This document shows, in pieces, positions 27,534 to 39,229 of a stretch of DNA of 64,000 nucleotides. The position numbers and the translations under genes were made by a program. Origin of the DNA: Camelus dromedarius (Eukaryota); NCBI RefSeq assembly GCF_036321535.1, contig NC_087437.1, positions 109,556,001 through 109,620,000 of the forward strand. Reading direction: 5' to 3'. How positions within the stretch are numbered: position 1 is the first letter of the stretch; every line of letters starts with the position of its first letter. Under the pieces are notes generated by a model, which had not been told where the DNA came from, searched no databases, and saw nothing but the letters and a program-made list of their open reading frames with translations.

Positions 27534-28100
27534 TTTCCCAGCTTCTTAATTCATGCCGAGACCCAGCCGCTGCCGCACGCCCCGGAGATACAGCCCGCTC
27601 GGGCCGGGTCCCCGCCTCATCCTCTCTGGGATGCTCCGCGTTTGCACCCTGCGCGCTCCCCCCGGAAAGAGATCGAGGGAACCGGCGTGGGAACGCGGAG
27701 CTGGCAGGCGACGCTGGCCTCACTCGGGGCTCCTCGCTTCTGCCGCTAGCCCATCACTGCTCCTCTTCCTCCTCCTCCATGGGCCGCAAACCGCGGAGAA
27801 GCAGCGCGCAACCGCTCCCGGAGCCGAGAGACCAGCTGAGGAAAGTTGCTGCCCCAATTTGCGGGAACGTCTCCCTCATTCGTCCTCTGGTCGGATGAGA
27901 AAGTGGTGGTGGAGAGGGTAGGTAGAGGGTGCCACGAGAGAAGGAGGCGTAAAGGAGAAAGAAGGCGAAGGAGAAGGGAGAGGGTACCGGGCGAGTTGGT
28001 GCAGGGGCTCTGAGCAAGCAGGATGAGCTCCAGCAGGTTAACTGGGATGGAACCACGCTCTTGCTTCTCTCAGTTCTTGCTTTCCTCCTCCCCTCGACGG

Positions 28101-28127
28101 CCCCACCCTTTATTTACTGCCCGCCCC
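28101..28127 (-). promoter_or_regulatory. Candidate GRIK1 core promoter: GC box, TATA-like element, GT/CACCC box
   Basis: The minus strand reads GGGGCGGGC (28127-28119), TAAATAAA (28116-28109) and GGGTGGGG (28108-28101), about 570-590 nt upstream of the ATG. The TSS cannot be determined from sequence. Confidence 0.4.
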
Positions 28128-29783
28128 GGCACGCTGATCCAGACACTCACACAGCCTCACGCGCAAGCACACTCTCTCCCTCAACTTTGCGCTGTGATGC
28201 TGGAAAGTCTATTGAGTAGGGCATCCTGAGGACAGAAGATTTAACCTGCTGGTCAGAGCAGAGGCGGACTCAGCTGCGGGCTGCGAATGACAGAGGGGCC
28301 TCTTTGGTAATGTCCCTGTGCGCCTGTTAGGGGGTCATAGAGCTGGCCAACTAAGACTCTTCCCATCACTTGATGGAGAATCGCCATCTCGGACGCCAAT
28401 ATTTCAGAGAATAAAAGAACTCCTGTTTTAACTCTGGCAAAGATGAAGAAAAGGGGAAGGAGGAGGAGGAGGAAGACAAGGAGAGAAATGAGAAACCTTC
28501 AGTACTCTAAGATTAAAGTGGCTTCTTTTTCCTATTCAGACCCGAGATAATCTCTTGTAAATCGCTTCCATTTACACGCGCAGAACTGGGAAAGAGGCAG
28601 CTTCCAGCGCCGCTCCTTTTCTTGGTTTCTTTTGACTGTCACGTTTGAACGCTGGAAGATAGGCTATTTTAGCACTGTAGGTTTGGAGCCTTTCTCTGTA
28701 GAAGGACAAGGACACTTCCCTGGGGAAATCATCAGCTTTTGATCATTTTGGCTTAATTTCCTTTGAGCTTTGTGGGGGAACGTTCTATATAAATGTTTGC
28801 TAGCTCTGCATTAACATTCATAGAGATTTTTTTCCCCTCTAGGTATGGATTTTGTAGAACTGACCTAAACTGAGTTAATCCATATGAAAAATATGCCCAT
28901 AGGCATATAGACCTAGAATAGGAAAGGGTTGCAAAAGAAATAGAATAAAACTTCAGATGTATTCATTCATTCAACAGATACTACAGAGCGACTTATATGT
29001 GGTGCCAGACATTATATATATATATATATATTTTTTTTTTTTAACTGAAGACCCTATAGTGGAAAAATGCACCATCCATCCTCCAAGGGAGGTTATAACT
29101 CCACTGCTGAAAGCTAGTCAGTTCATATCTCAAATGGTGTGCTGGCTCCGGATACTTTTGTATGAGAGTTGACAAGACAGATCGTATCAACAGATAAGAA
29201 GAAGATTTGATCTAGATTTAAGAATACATCTTATACATAGATTGATGAACCCAAGAAAAATTAGGGGCATATGCTGTTTATCTTCAGTAATTTGAAGAGC
29301 TCTTGTGTTATAAGAAAGGAGTCACAGTATTAGGCAAGTGAGAAGAAATAAGAAAAATAAGAATATTGGATGGAAGTTGTAGAAGAGTAAATTTCACTTA
29401 TTTGGGCAAGGGACATTTCTAAGTCTGGAAAGTGTCAAACAATGGTATGACCTGCTTCAGAAAAGAGTCAGATTCTCCTTTCATTCATTCATTCATTCAT
29501 TCATTGGTCTATTCAGTGCATATTTAAGTACTTACTTTGTGGGAGGCATTGTGTTCAGGCCCTGGAGACACAGTGGAAGTATGGTTGTTGTCATAATGAG
29601 ATTTGTATTAGACATAGTCAGTTGCCTAATTTTTCCTGGTATGTCCAGGATTAATAGAATAAATACTGCATGGCTAAATATTGAGAACCCAAATTCTAGA
29701 ATTAGCTCAGCTTTTGAACAAACTGTATTTGAATTCTGGTTTTACCTAGTTCTAGATTTGTAGCCTTGGTTAAATTATCTCCC

Positions 29784-30184
29784 TGTAGTTGACATTGCTG
29801 GTGCTTACCTATATCTATTTCTCATCTTCCCAGGCACATTAAAGCCTGTACCTTTTTAGTTAGGTGTAGTAATCAGCCAATGACACGTGAGTAGAAGTAG
29901 TATCTGCCACTTCTGGGTGACCAAGAAAAGCAGTGAAAAGATCTCACATGTCCCTTCAGGCCTCTCTTCTCTGGCCAGAGTAGTTCTGAAATCCACAGGT
30001 TCTAGACATCAAGATGGAAGCAGCCTGGATCCCTGAGTCTTTTGAGAAAGAGTTGCTTGAATAGTTGTCAGACCAGCAGCAAACTGGTGACAAATCAGAA
30101 AGAAACAATTTTAGATTGTAATCCATTAAGGTTTGGGGACCTGTTTGTTACTGCAGCATAACCTACTCTATACTGATTGATACA
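29784..30184 (+). mobile_element. MaLR solo LTR (MLT1J-like) inserted in a MIR
   Basis: CAAGATGGAAGCAGCCTGGATCCCTGAGTC and TTTGTTACTGCAGCATAACCTACTCTATACTGATTGATACA. MIR-like sequence resumes on both sides. Confidence 0.75.
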
Positions 30185-31604
30185 CTCTCTAAGACTTGAT
30201 ATCTTCATCTACAAGATGAGAATAATAATACAACAGAGCCATTGGAGGCTTATATGAGCTACTGCATAGAAAGTATTTTCCAAGGCTCTCCTTACTTAGT
30301 ATATGTTAGTTCATTTGTGGTAATTTACTTTTTTTAGTTAAATTAATCTATACACACATTTCTAGTTTAAATGTGCCTCAGACGGCAGAGACTAACATAT
30401 TCTGTCTAGTAGGAATGAGTCAGTTTACAGTACAGTAATAGTAATTTGGCCCAGTACTATTTAAGGATTTTTTTTTTTACTTTTACCTGCATTACCTTTG
30501 GTCTCTAAGTTTGTTTTCAGTTGGTAGAGATACTAGGAAGATTGCTTTTCTTAAAGTAGGCTTCTTAAAGTATAAATGCACACTTAAGTTACTTTTCTGT
30601 ATCATCTGTAAAATCTGTAAAGCTTAAAACTGATATTTATTTTCTTGTTAAAATGCTCTCCTCCACTGCTCATGTACAGAGCCTCATGGTGTTAAGTCAC
30701 TCATGAGTGATCAGCAGCTGCTGTTAATTTGTTTTGTGCTTTTTAGAAGGACTGTATTTTGTGTATATATGCATCTAGTTATTTTTTCGCCCAGAATGAC
30801 TATGTTAATCACTCTTGACTCACATAGTGCCCTCTTAAGAATAAAAATACCCAATTGAATGCATTCTGTCTTTTTCCCACTCCCCAAATCGTAAGCTTAA
30901 ATTGATGCACTGTGGTTAATAATGAATCAATATGGTAGTGTGCAGCATTGTGCTTCTTATGAGAACTAGTGACATTAAGTAGACAGTAATCCATTTAAGA
31001 TGGCTTATTCTTAATATGACTAGAAAAAAAGAAAAAAAATAACTTAGAATAAACTAAGGAATCCAAATATTATAAACGTGTTTTCAAAGTGGTGAGTATA
31101 CTTGAGCACAGTTCTAATGTTACTCAGGGCACCAAAAGGGAAAGATCAAGCGATTTTAGGGCCTCCTAAGAATGTGTAGCTGATTTAGGATCAAAATCTT
31201 CATTTCTTGGCTACTTCTTTATCTATATATTTTTTTCCCTAGGTGATGCCGTATGTCTTTAAGACACATTCAATATCTTTAAGTAATAAGGCCCTCCAAA
31301 TGTTGTCTTTTGCCCAGATCTTGCCTCTGAACTCCAGACTTACTTAGCCAATCCTATTTCCTACTGACTAAACATCACTTGATTCTGTGCCATATTATTG
31401 CCCCCTCCCAAGTTCTCTTCCAAACTTTCTTATTTCAGTATGTGTACCACCTTCCATCCAGTTAGGAAAACTGAAAACTCAACATGTCATCCTTGACTTC
31501 TCCCTTACTTTCCCTCCCACATCCATTTTTCATACACTATTGGTTTTACTCCTCAAACATTTCTCTGATCTGTTTCTCTTCAGTTCCACTGCTATCACAC
31601 TGGC

Positions 31605-31822
31605 CTGGGCTTTCTCACCCTCAAAATGTTTGACATTTGAAGCCAGAAAATTATTTGTAGTGGAGGCTGTCCTGTGCCTTGTAGGATGTTTAGCAACTTC
31701 CCTGGACTCTAGCCACTAGATGTCAGTAGTACCCTCCTCCCAAGCTGTAACAACCAAAAAATGTCTGCAGACATTGCCAAATGTCCTCTGAAGTACAAAT
31801 CACCCCTGGTTGAGAACCACTA
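31605..31822 (-). mobile_element. MER20 inserted in an L2 fragment
   Basis: GGCTGTCCTGTGCCTTGTAGGATGTTTAGCAAC...CAGACATTGCCAAATGTCC...GTTGAGAACCACT. L2-like pyrimidine-rich flanks at about 31250-32110. Confidence 0.85.
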
Positions 31823-34800
31823 CACTCGCTCAAATCACTATGCTCTTCCATCTGCTCTATTACAATAGTTTCCTAATTGTTCCTCTCTCCCATTGCCTCT
31901 TTTTATCCATTCTGTCTGTCTGATTGAAATTTGTTCCTCCCATTAATTTCCCTCACAATGCCCTGCTTAGTTCCCTCATGGTCATTATCAACTCTCTAAT
32001 TGTTTGTTTACTTCATTAAAAACTCAATAATGGTCGACTACTCTGTTTACCCGAAACCTAGCACTGTGCCTGGCACTTAGGAGGAACTTGATAAATGCTT
32101 ATTGAAAGAATGAAGCCATATGATCTACAACTCATCAGTGCATATTTGTAAGATTGAACTGAATAAGGAGCCAAATTTCTCTTTTGACTTCATTCAGAGC
32201 TCCTTCATGAATCAGTTTATAGTCAGTGTCATACTCAGAACATTAATAATCCTGTGTCTAGCAAAACTGGAGGATAATCCTACACGCGTATCTACAAATG
32301 TCAGCAAAATGCTATATGGAGTTGGGGTTTCTCTTAACATTTTGCTTTTCAGCACCATGTTTACCATTACACACATCTTAACAATTTTACTGCCATTTTC
32401 ATGCTAACACTGGTCCACTTGCTAAAGCACTGTGGAAAGTAACTGTAGTGAAATCTTTGAAAGAAAAAGAAGTCCTATTTATTGACATCTTTATAGCCTA
32501 TTATAACAACCTGAGAGTGCAGAGAAATCCCATCATGTGAAAGGCCTGAAACAAGTTGGTAGGTAGCTACTTTCATGCGTAAGTGTGGCTCTTCTGAGAT
32601 TAAAGAAGAAACGATGCAGGCTGGGTATTCAGGATGTCAGGAGACCTGAGTCCCAACCCTGGCCTGATCACTAACCACAGCTCACTGCTCACAGTCAAGT
32701 TCCACAGCCTCCTGAGGCCTCAATTATAACACCAAGTAGGTTGGACTGATTTCTAAAAGCCAATGGGGATGAATGTTCTCCATTTCTCCTTCCAGCTCTA
32801 AAAGCCATTTTTGTAAAGGAAGGGTGCACAATTCACCTCTGTTCTGCTTTGGTTGTAAATAAGATAAGCTTGTCCTTAACATAACAGGTATTTATTTTTT
32901 GCTTCTTGTATGTGCCAGGCACTCTTCTTAGTGTTGATACAGGTCTTCATGGACTCAGCACTGGTAGTGACCTTGGGAGGTAGGCACTACTCTTATGAAA
33001 ATGTTCCTGATGAGGAGACTGAGACACAGAGAGGTGAAGCAACATGTCAGAAGTTACACAGCCAAGTGACAGAGCCAGAATTTAAACTTAGTCAGTCTGG
33101 TTCTAGAGCACTCACTTTTATTTATTTTTTTATTAAATTGAAGTGAAATTTACAAAACATAATAAGAACCATTTTAAAAGGACTCATTCAATGGCATTTG
33201 GTACATTCATGATATTGTGCAACCATCAGCTCTATCTCATCCCAGTGTGGCTGGGACATCGTGAGTGAGACAGAATCAGCAAAGGTGACTCAGAGGGACA
33301 GTGAGTACTTCAATCAGCTAAGGACTTGTGGGCGGCTGGAAGGACTTTGACTTTGAACCTGGGTGAAAAGGGAAGTCACCGAAGGTTTTGAATAGAAGAG
33401 TGACATAATCAGGCTTGCGCTTTGTGTTGCTAGTTTTGTTTCAGGGACAATACTAGATATTAGAGACACAGTGAACAGATTTGACTCTTGCCCTCATGGA
33501 GCCTACAGTCAAGTAAATAGTTCTGTAAATAAATATAGAATGACAAATTGTGTTGATAATAGCTGAAGTTTTAAAGTACAAAATGTATAAATCCTAAGTT
33601 TTGGGCTGAAGCAGGAATTATCACAAAGTGAACACCATCATGTAATCAACCAGCCAGACAAGAAACAGAACACCAATTAGAACCTTTCAGGTCCCTCTTG
33701 GCTATACCCACCCCGTCCCCAAATGTCACCACTATCTTGACTTTCAATGGCAGAGATTAGTTTTGCCTGTTTTGAGACTTAACATGAATACAATATATAT
33801 TATTTTGTGCCTGGCTTCTATCAAATGATAGCTAATGTTACTGAGCCCTTACCATAGGCCAGTTTTGTGGTTCATATTTAAGAGTCACCATGACCCTCTG
33901 ACATGTCACTAATATTACTATGCTCATTTTGCAGAAGAGGACATTGAAGCACAGAGACAGATTGCCATTTCCATGAAGGAAAGCAGAAGGATGTGATAGA
34001 TTTGAAAAGCAGAACTTGTGTTGAAGTAGGAGCTTAAGGAAGAGTGCTCTGAGGAAGTAGACTTTACACGTTGCCTTGAAGGGTAGTTGGGAGATACTGA
34101 AGAGGGAAGAAGAATAACATTCAAGGTAGGGGAAGGATCTGTTGTGAGAAGCTTGCAACCATATGAATGTTTGCTATAAGGCCTGAGTGGCTGATGTGAG
34201 CTGGAGAGAGGGTGGCACCAGATGAGATGCGGATGAGATGGGAAATGTGAACAGAGCCCAGACCCTCCAGGATCCTTACCAGCCTTCCTGAAGATCTGAG
34301 AAATGATTCTAAAAACAATGTGAAACCTTTTGAGCCTGGCTCCATCTTTCCTATATAATCATTCACCCACCCAGCCATGTGCTTCATAAGGCAAAATCCT
34401 CACCACCTAGGCCATAAAGATATCAGCATCTTCTCCTTGTGTTTCCTTCTCGTGTTCCTCTTCATTCCAGCCACACAGAATGGAACTCTCCTGCTCTCTT
34501 GGATCTGGTCACATCAATTCTCTTCTGGTTCTCAACCATGTCCAACACTTCCTGTGTTGTGACATTTCCCCAAGATGCTCTCAGCCATCTTGAATATTCT
34601 TTTCCTCACACTTTTCCTAATGAAGTCTTATCCATGCCTCATATCTCATTACTCAGAGAAACTTTCATTGGATCCACACTGAATATTATATCCACCCATT
34701 TTACTTTTCCATAGAACCCTGAACTTTTCTTTCTCAGCATTTATTACCAATTTTAACTATTTGTTTAGTGTTTAGTCTCCTTCAAGATTGCAAGCACCAG

Positions 34801-36081
34801 GAAGCCAGGGTCTTTTTATATGGTATCAGGGATCTGGGTATATTCAGAGTCTTTCCCAACTCCTGATTCATAGTTGGAACTCAATTTATAATTGCAGACT
34901 GATTGGATGTGAATGCTTGGCATGTCAAGAAGTCTATAGGACAGAACCCAAGAAATCTCAGCTCAGAAACGGAGCTGTAAAATGGTCTATCTTGTACACA
35001 TACCTGGTGTATTCAAAATTTGCTTAAGGTTTGCTTTTGCACATATTTTAATAATCATTATTTTCAGCAATCTCATGAGTTCAAATTATCTCAGTTTTGG
35101 AATGATTAAATAAGTGAGCAGAAACCTTAAAGAACCTGTGTTAGAAAGCTAATAATTGCCTTTAAAAAGCTAAAATTGAAGCTCACAACCGTTACAACAC
35201 TCTAATTTTTATTCATCCCACCCTTCCTTACAGATTTCCAATTTCAGTCTCCTGACAACAAAATGCTAAGCTTCTTCATATTTAAATCATATAAAGTAAT
35301 GGAAGTTTCTAATTATTACATCTTGGTTTAATTCCTTTCCTCATAATCTCTTCTTAGAAGTGTCCTGTATTTTTCAAACTATAATTTTTATTGATCAAAG
35401 AAATGCATGCATAAAATTTTAGAAGTCAGCGCTAAGTAAAAAAGTAGCATAGTACCACCACTGCTCTCCGTTCTCCCAGGGTTTCCTCTCCAACTCCTTC
35501 AGTTGCCTTGTCCAGCATTTACACATGCCACATTTTTACATAGTATAAATAAATATTTCTTGTTGGCTTCCTGAGTTGGAGGTATTACCTATCATCCTGT
35601 CATGGTAAAGGACATTTTCACTCTTTAACACCTTCATTCCACTGGCTTCCCTTTCTCCTCTTCTTGCTATCAAGTTTTCAGGTTCAATCACTATTCAGGT
35701 TTTATATGCAACTCTGCTGGTACGATGCACAGTTGAGCACAGTGCTGCCCTGTGATTACGTTTTCCTCTTATTTGTTTTTCCTGAAGTTTTTTGTTTCTG
35801 TGTTTTGTGCTTTGGTTTTGTTTTTTCATTAGCTTGACTTCTTTTGATCTGCCACTTTCCATAAATTCCAATAGCCTCTCTACTGATTTTCACAAATTTG
35901 CTTCCATTGCTTTGTTTTCCTCTGGTGATGTCCTCCGTGGACATCTTCATTTTCCTACTCCCTGTACTGAGCCCTCTTGGCCTTCAAAGCAGTGATTATT
36001 CTGGTTCTTTCTTTCCTTGTCTATCTAGGCTATTCCTGTCTTTGCCCTGGGAGGCATTTTCCTTGTATTCTGGGTCTCATG

Positions 36082-36722
36082 TGCCTAGAGTTAGCCAAAT
36101 TGTCAGGTTTGAGGGCACAGTCCCCAAGACTTCCCTCAATTCTGACACCAACTGTGATTCCCAGACTCACCCTCAAGTTCAATTACTGTTACTAATAGCT
36201 ATTATATGTATGGTTATAGTTCATTAAAAGGAAAAGATACAGATTAAAAGAAGCCAAAGGAGATACACATAGGACAGAGTCTGGGAGGGTTTCAGATGCA
36301 GAGCTTCTGTTTTTCTCTTCCCATGGAGCTAGGACATGTTACCCTCCTGGCACTGACATGTGACAATATGCATGGACTATTGCCAACCAGGGAAGATCAT
36401 CTGAGCTCAAATGTCCACAGACATTTTTGTGTGTGTTACATTACATGGACATGATTGACTTATCGATGATTGATTGCTTAATTTCTATGTGGTTTAATTC
36501 ACTGCCCAGGTCAAGTGATACTTGTGACCCAAATCCCACCATCCTCCCGGTCATATGGTTGGTCTTTCTGCCGTGGCCAGTTTCCACCCTAAGAATATCA
36601 GGTATGGCTAGTCCCTGCCTTGAATAAAGACATTCCTATCAGGTTTGACACAGACTACCTCGCCCAAACCCAAGGCAAAGGACAGATCTCTCTTTAGACA
36701 AAGGTCAAATTCTTTACTATGT
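36082..36722 (-). mobile_element. ERV solo LTR (MER21/MER77-like)
   Basis: GAGGGCACAGTCCCCAAGACT...TCTGACACCAACTG, TATTGCCAACCAGGGAAG and CAAGGTCAAATTCTTTACTA are characteristic of this LTR group. Confidence 0.65.
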
Positions 36723-37659
36723 ACATATGGTCCTTGGTTAACCCCCTTGTTTTGGTAGAACAAGTACTCAAGAAGCTGTTCATATTTTAAAAAAAGAACA
36801 AGAGAGTATCAGAAATGTTGCTAGTCACAGGATTTTACACATTTATCCCTCGAATTAAGACTGCTTTAATCAGGACTGGTGGCTGTCTACAGGAAGGTCA
36901 CAGTCCCCTTCCTGGAATACGACCTTTACCATCAACTTGAAGATTTTCTTCCTCTTCCCTATAGTTAATATTTGGTGCTTTTTAGTTTTGTTTTGGTTAT
37001 GAATACAATCTCTTCTACTGTCTTCCTCTTCCTCCTTTTTATTCCTTTCTCTATGTCTCTCTGTCTCTGTATCTCTGTCTAGCTCTCTCTTTGTTTCTCC
37101 CAACACACACTTAAGTAATTTTCTGGACAAAAGTACTTAAAAATTATCCTCCTCTAATTCAGTTTATTCAGATTTTGTACCTGTTGCATTAGCGCCTCTC
37201 TTGGTCAACTTGTGTAATTTTGGGGGGTATTTCCTCAACTTCATTTTTCAATCCTTTTATGATTTTTCATTTCTGCTATTATGTTTTTGATTTTTATGAG
37301 TTTTTTCCCTCTAAATGTTAAATATTTTGTTTTTGTTTCATAGAGATAATATCTTTTTTTGACCCTCTGAAGATATTATTGGGAGATTATTTTTCCCCTA
37401 AATACTTTCTGTTGCTTTCAAGATGTTTTTTTTCTGTGTTTTTTGGTCTCCAACTTTTATGGTTAGGACTTTCTTAAGTATCCTACAACCTTTTGTTATC
37501 TGTTCATGTTTAAGGAAGGAAGGCTGAATGCCAATTTCAAGTTCAGAGTAAAATTAAGCAGGGCTTGTGGGTTCTAATCTTTGCTGCAGAACAATGTGAA
37601 ATGACACCAGGTAACCTTTGATGTCAGTATTTTTAAAAGTATACTTAAAAATTTTCTAC

Positions 37660-37975
37660 CACAAACTAGGAAATATAACAAAAAAAGAAGCAGATTCATA
37701 GAATACAGAACAAACCAGTGGTTACCAGGGGGAGAGGCAAGGGAGTAGGGGCAGAATGGGGGGGGGAGTTAAGAGGTACAAACTATTAGGTCTAAAATAA
37801 GCTAAGAGTATATACTGTACAACACAGAGAATATAGCCAATATTTTTAATAACTATAGAGTACATCCTTAAAAATTGTGAATGATTATATTGTATACCTA
37901 TAACTTATGTAATATTGTACAACTATACTTCAGTAAAAGTCAAAAAGATATAACCAAACCAAAACAAAACCAAAA
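37660..37975 (+). mobile_element. L1 3' end fragment
   Basis: AACAAACCAGTGGTTACCAGGGGGAG...TATACTGTACAACACAGAGAATATAGCCAATA...CAACTATACTTCAGTAAAA followed by an A-rich tail. Confidence 0.85.
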
Positions 37976-38869
37976 AATAAAAGAATACTGTATAGATAAT
38001 ATAAAATCATGGCAAAGAAATACACAGTGTTGGTTGCCTTTAGGAAGGCTGAATGGGAATTCAACTCTATATGTAATACTTATTTCCCTTTAGTAAATAA
38101 ATTTTAAACAAATTTAAAAAAAAAACTTTTCTCTTGGTCTGATCACAGTCCCAAGAGAAGAGTTTTCTGGTGCCCTGCCTTAAGAGTCAAAGTCTAACTG
38201 TCTATGAACTGGGAAGCTAGTGAAAGAACAGAGCCACCAGCTTCAGCTTCTATTTGCATCTGTGTTTACTTAATCCCCTAATTCAGGCTGTTACTTATGT
38301 CTTTCATTCCATCTGGCATCCTCCTGTCCAGAGAGACCAGGTTTTATCCTCTCTAGAGAAATGCTCCAGTTTTATGTGAAGGTCATGAGGAGAGGAATTT
38401 ATCCAGTGATACAGATGCAACTCCTTCTTAAAGAGCTGCCCGGTCATCCTTTTCACATTAGCTCTCCATTTGCCCCAGGTCCCAGAGAAGCCCCAGGCTG
38501 CTAGCTCTGAGCCATGAGACTTTTCTACCCTGAAGAGTGGGTTGGTCCTGGCTGTTTAGCAGTGATAGTTTAATATTTAGGGTTCTCCAGTTGGCCAGGT
38601 AAGTTTCCACTCCTCAGTGGTTGTTATTTTCTCCCAGTCTCTGTATTGTAGTTTTGGTGAAGTGTCTGAAGGAAATGTGTTCAGTCCTTCACCTTTATCC
38701 AGAAGCACTTATTTTATAACTTTTAGTGTAAATCTCAGGAGCAGATGCTCTCAATGCCTCACCCATATGCTCTCAGCAGTTACCTCGGCATGTGAACATG
38801 GCTTCCTGAGCACAGCTGAGATTCCTCCTGAGGATGTCTTGTTTCCTTTTTCTTTCTTTCTTTTGACAA

Positions 38870-39160
38870 CAAAAGTTTGGAAATTTGGTCTGTGTTCAGT
38901 ATCTTGGGATCAGCCCCTCAACTGGAAGAAACCTGAAATGTGTTCTGTACTTTCTCCCAAAGTTCACCAAAGGGATTCTGGTCTAGTTGCCTGCAGTGAT
39001 AATTTGCCAAGTAATACATACTTTATCAGCTTCTTCTTCTCTTTTCCTGTCTCATACCTTCACTTTTTTACTGGTCTTTCCCAGAATTACCTCCCATATT
39101 AACTTATAACAATTGAATTTTTGTCTCTGCCTGCTTCTGAGGGGAACTGGAAGTATATTT
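38870..39160 (+). mobile_element. ERVL-class LTR 3' part (LTR16/LTR33-like)
   Basis: Ends ...TTTCCCAGAATTACCTCCCATATTAACTT...TTGTCTCTGCCTGCTTCTGAGGGGAAC, the usual ERVL LTR terminus. Confidence 0.55.
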
Positions 39161-39229
39161 TCCTAGCTAATTCTCAATCTTTTTAATATGTTTTACCTAC
39201 CCTGTAATTTTTTAGCTAGCTCATAATTA

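Larger units (their letters stand above)
26940..28330. promoter_or_regulatory. GRIK1: CpG island covering the GRIK1 promoter, 5' UTR, exon 1 and start of intron 1
   Basis: Abrupt switch from AT-rich, CpG-poor DNA to GC-rich sequence dense in CpG (CGCG, CCGG, GCGC) around the first exon. Boundaries approximate. Confidence 0.9.

Noticed and set aside
26775..28229. Many overlapping 60-171 aa ORFs in the ORF track
   Set aside because: Pro/Arg/Ala-rich frames expected from stop-codon scarcity in a CpG island. None resembles a known protein, and the real exon is a shorter frame not listed.
32348..32359. TTCAGCACCATG RE1 left half-site
   Set aside because: No right half-site at canonical spacing.
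38617..39102. 161-aa ORF
   Set aside because: Starts at GTG, is Ser/Phe-rich, overlaps an LTR remnant and has no recognisable domain.
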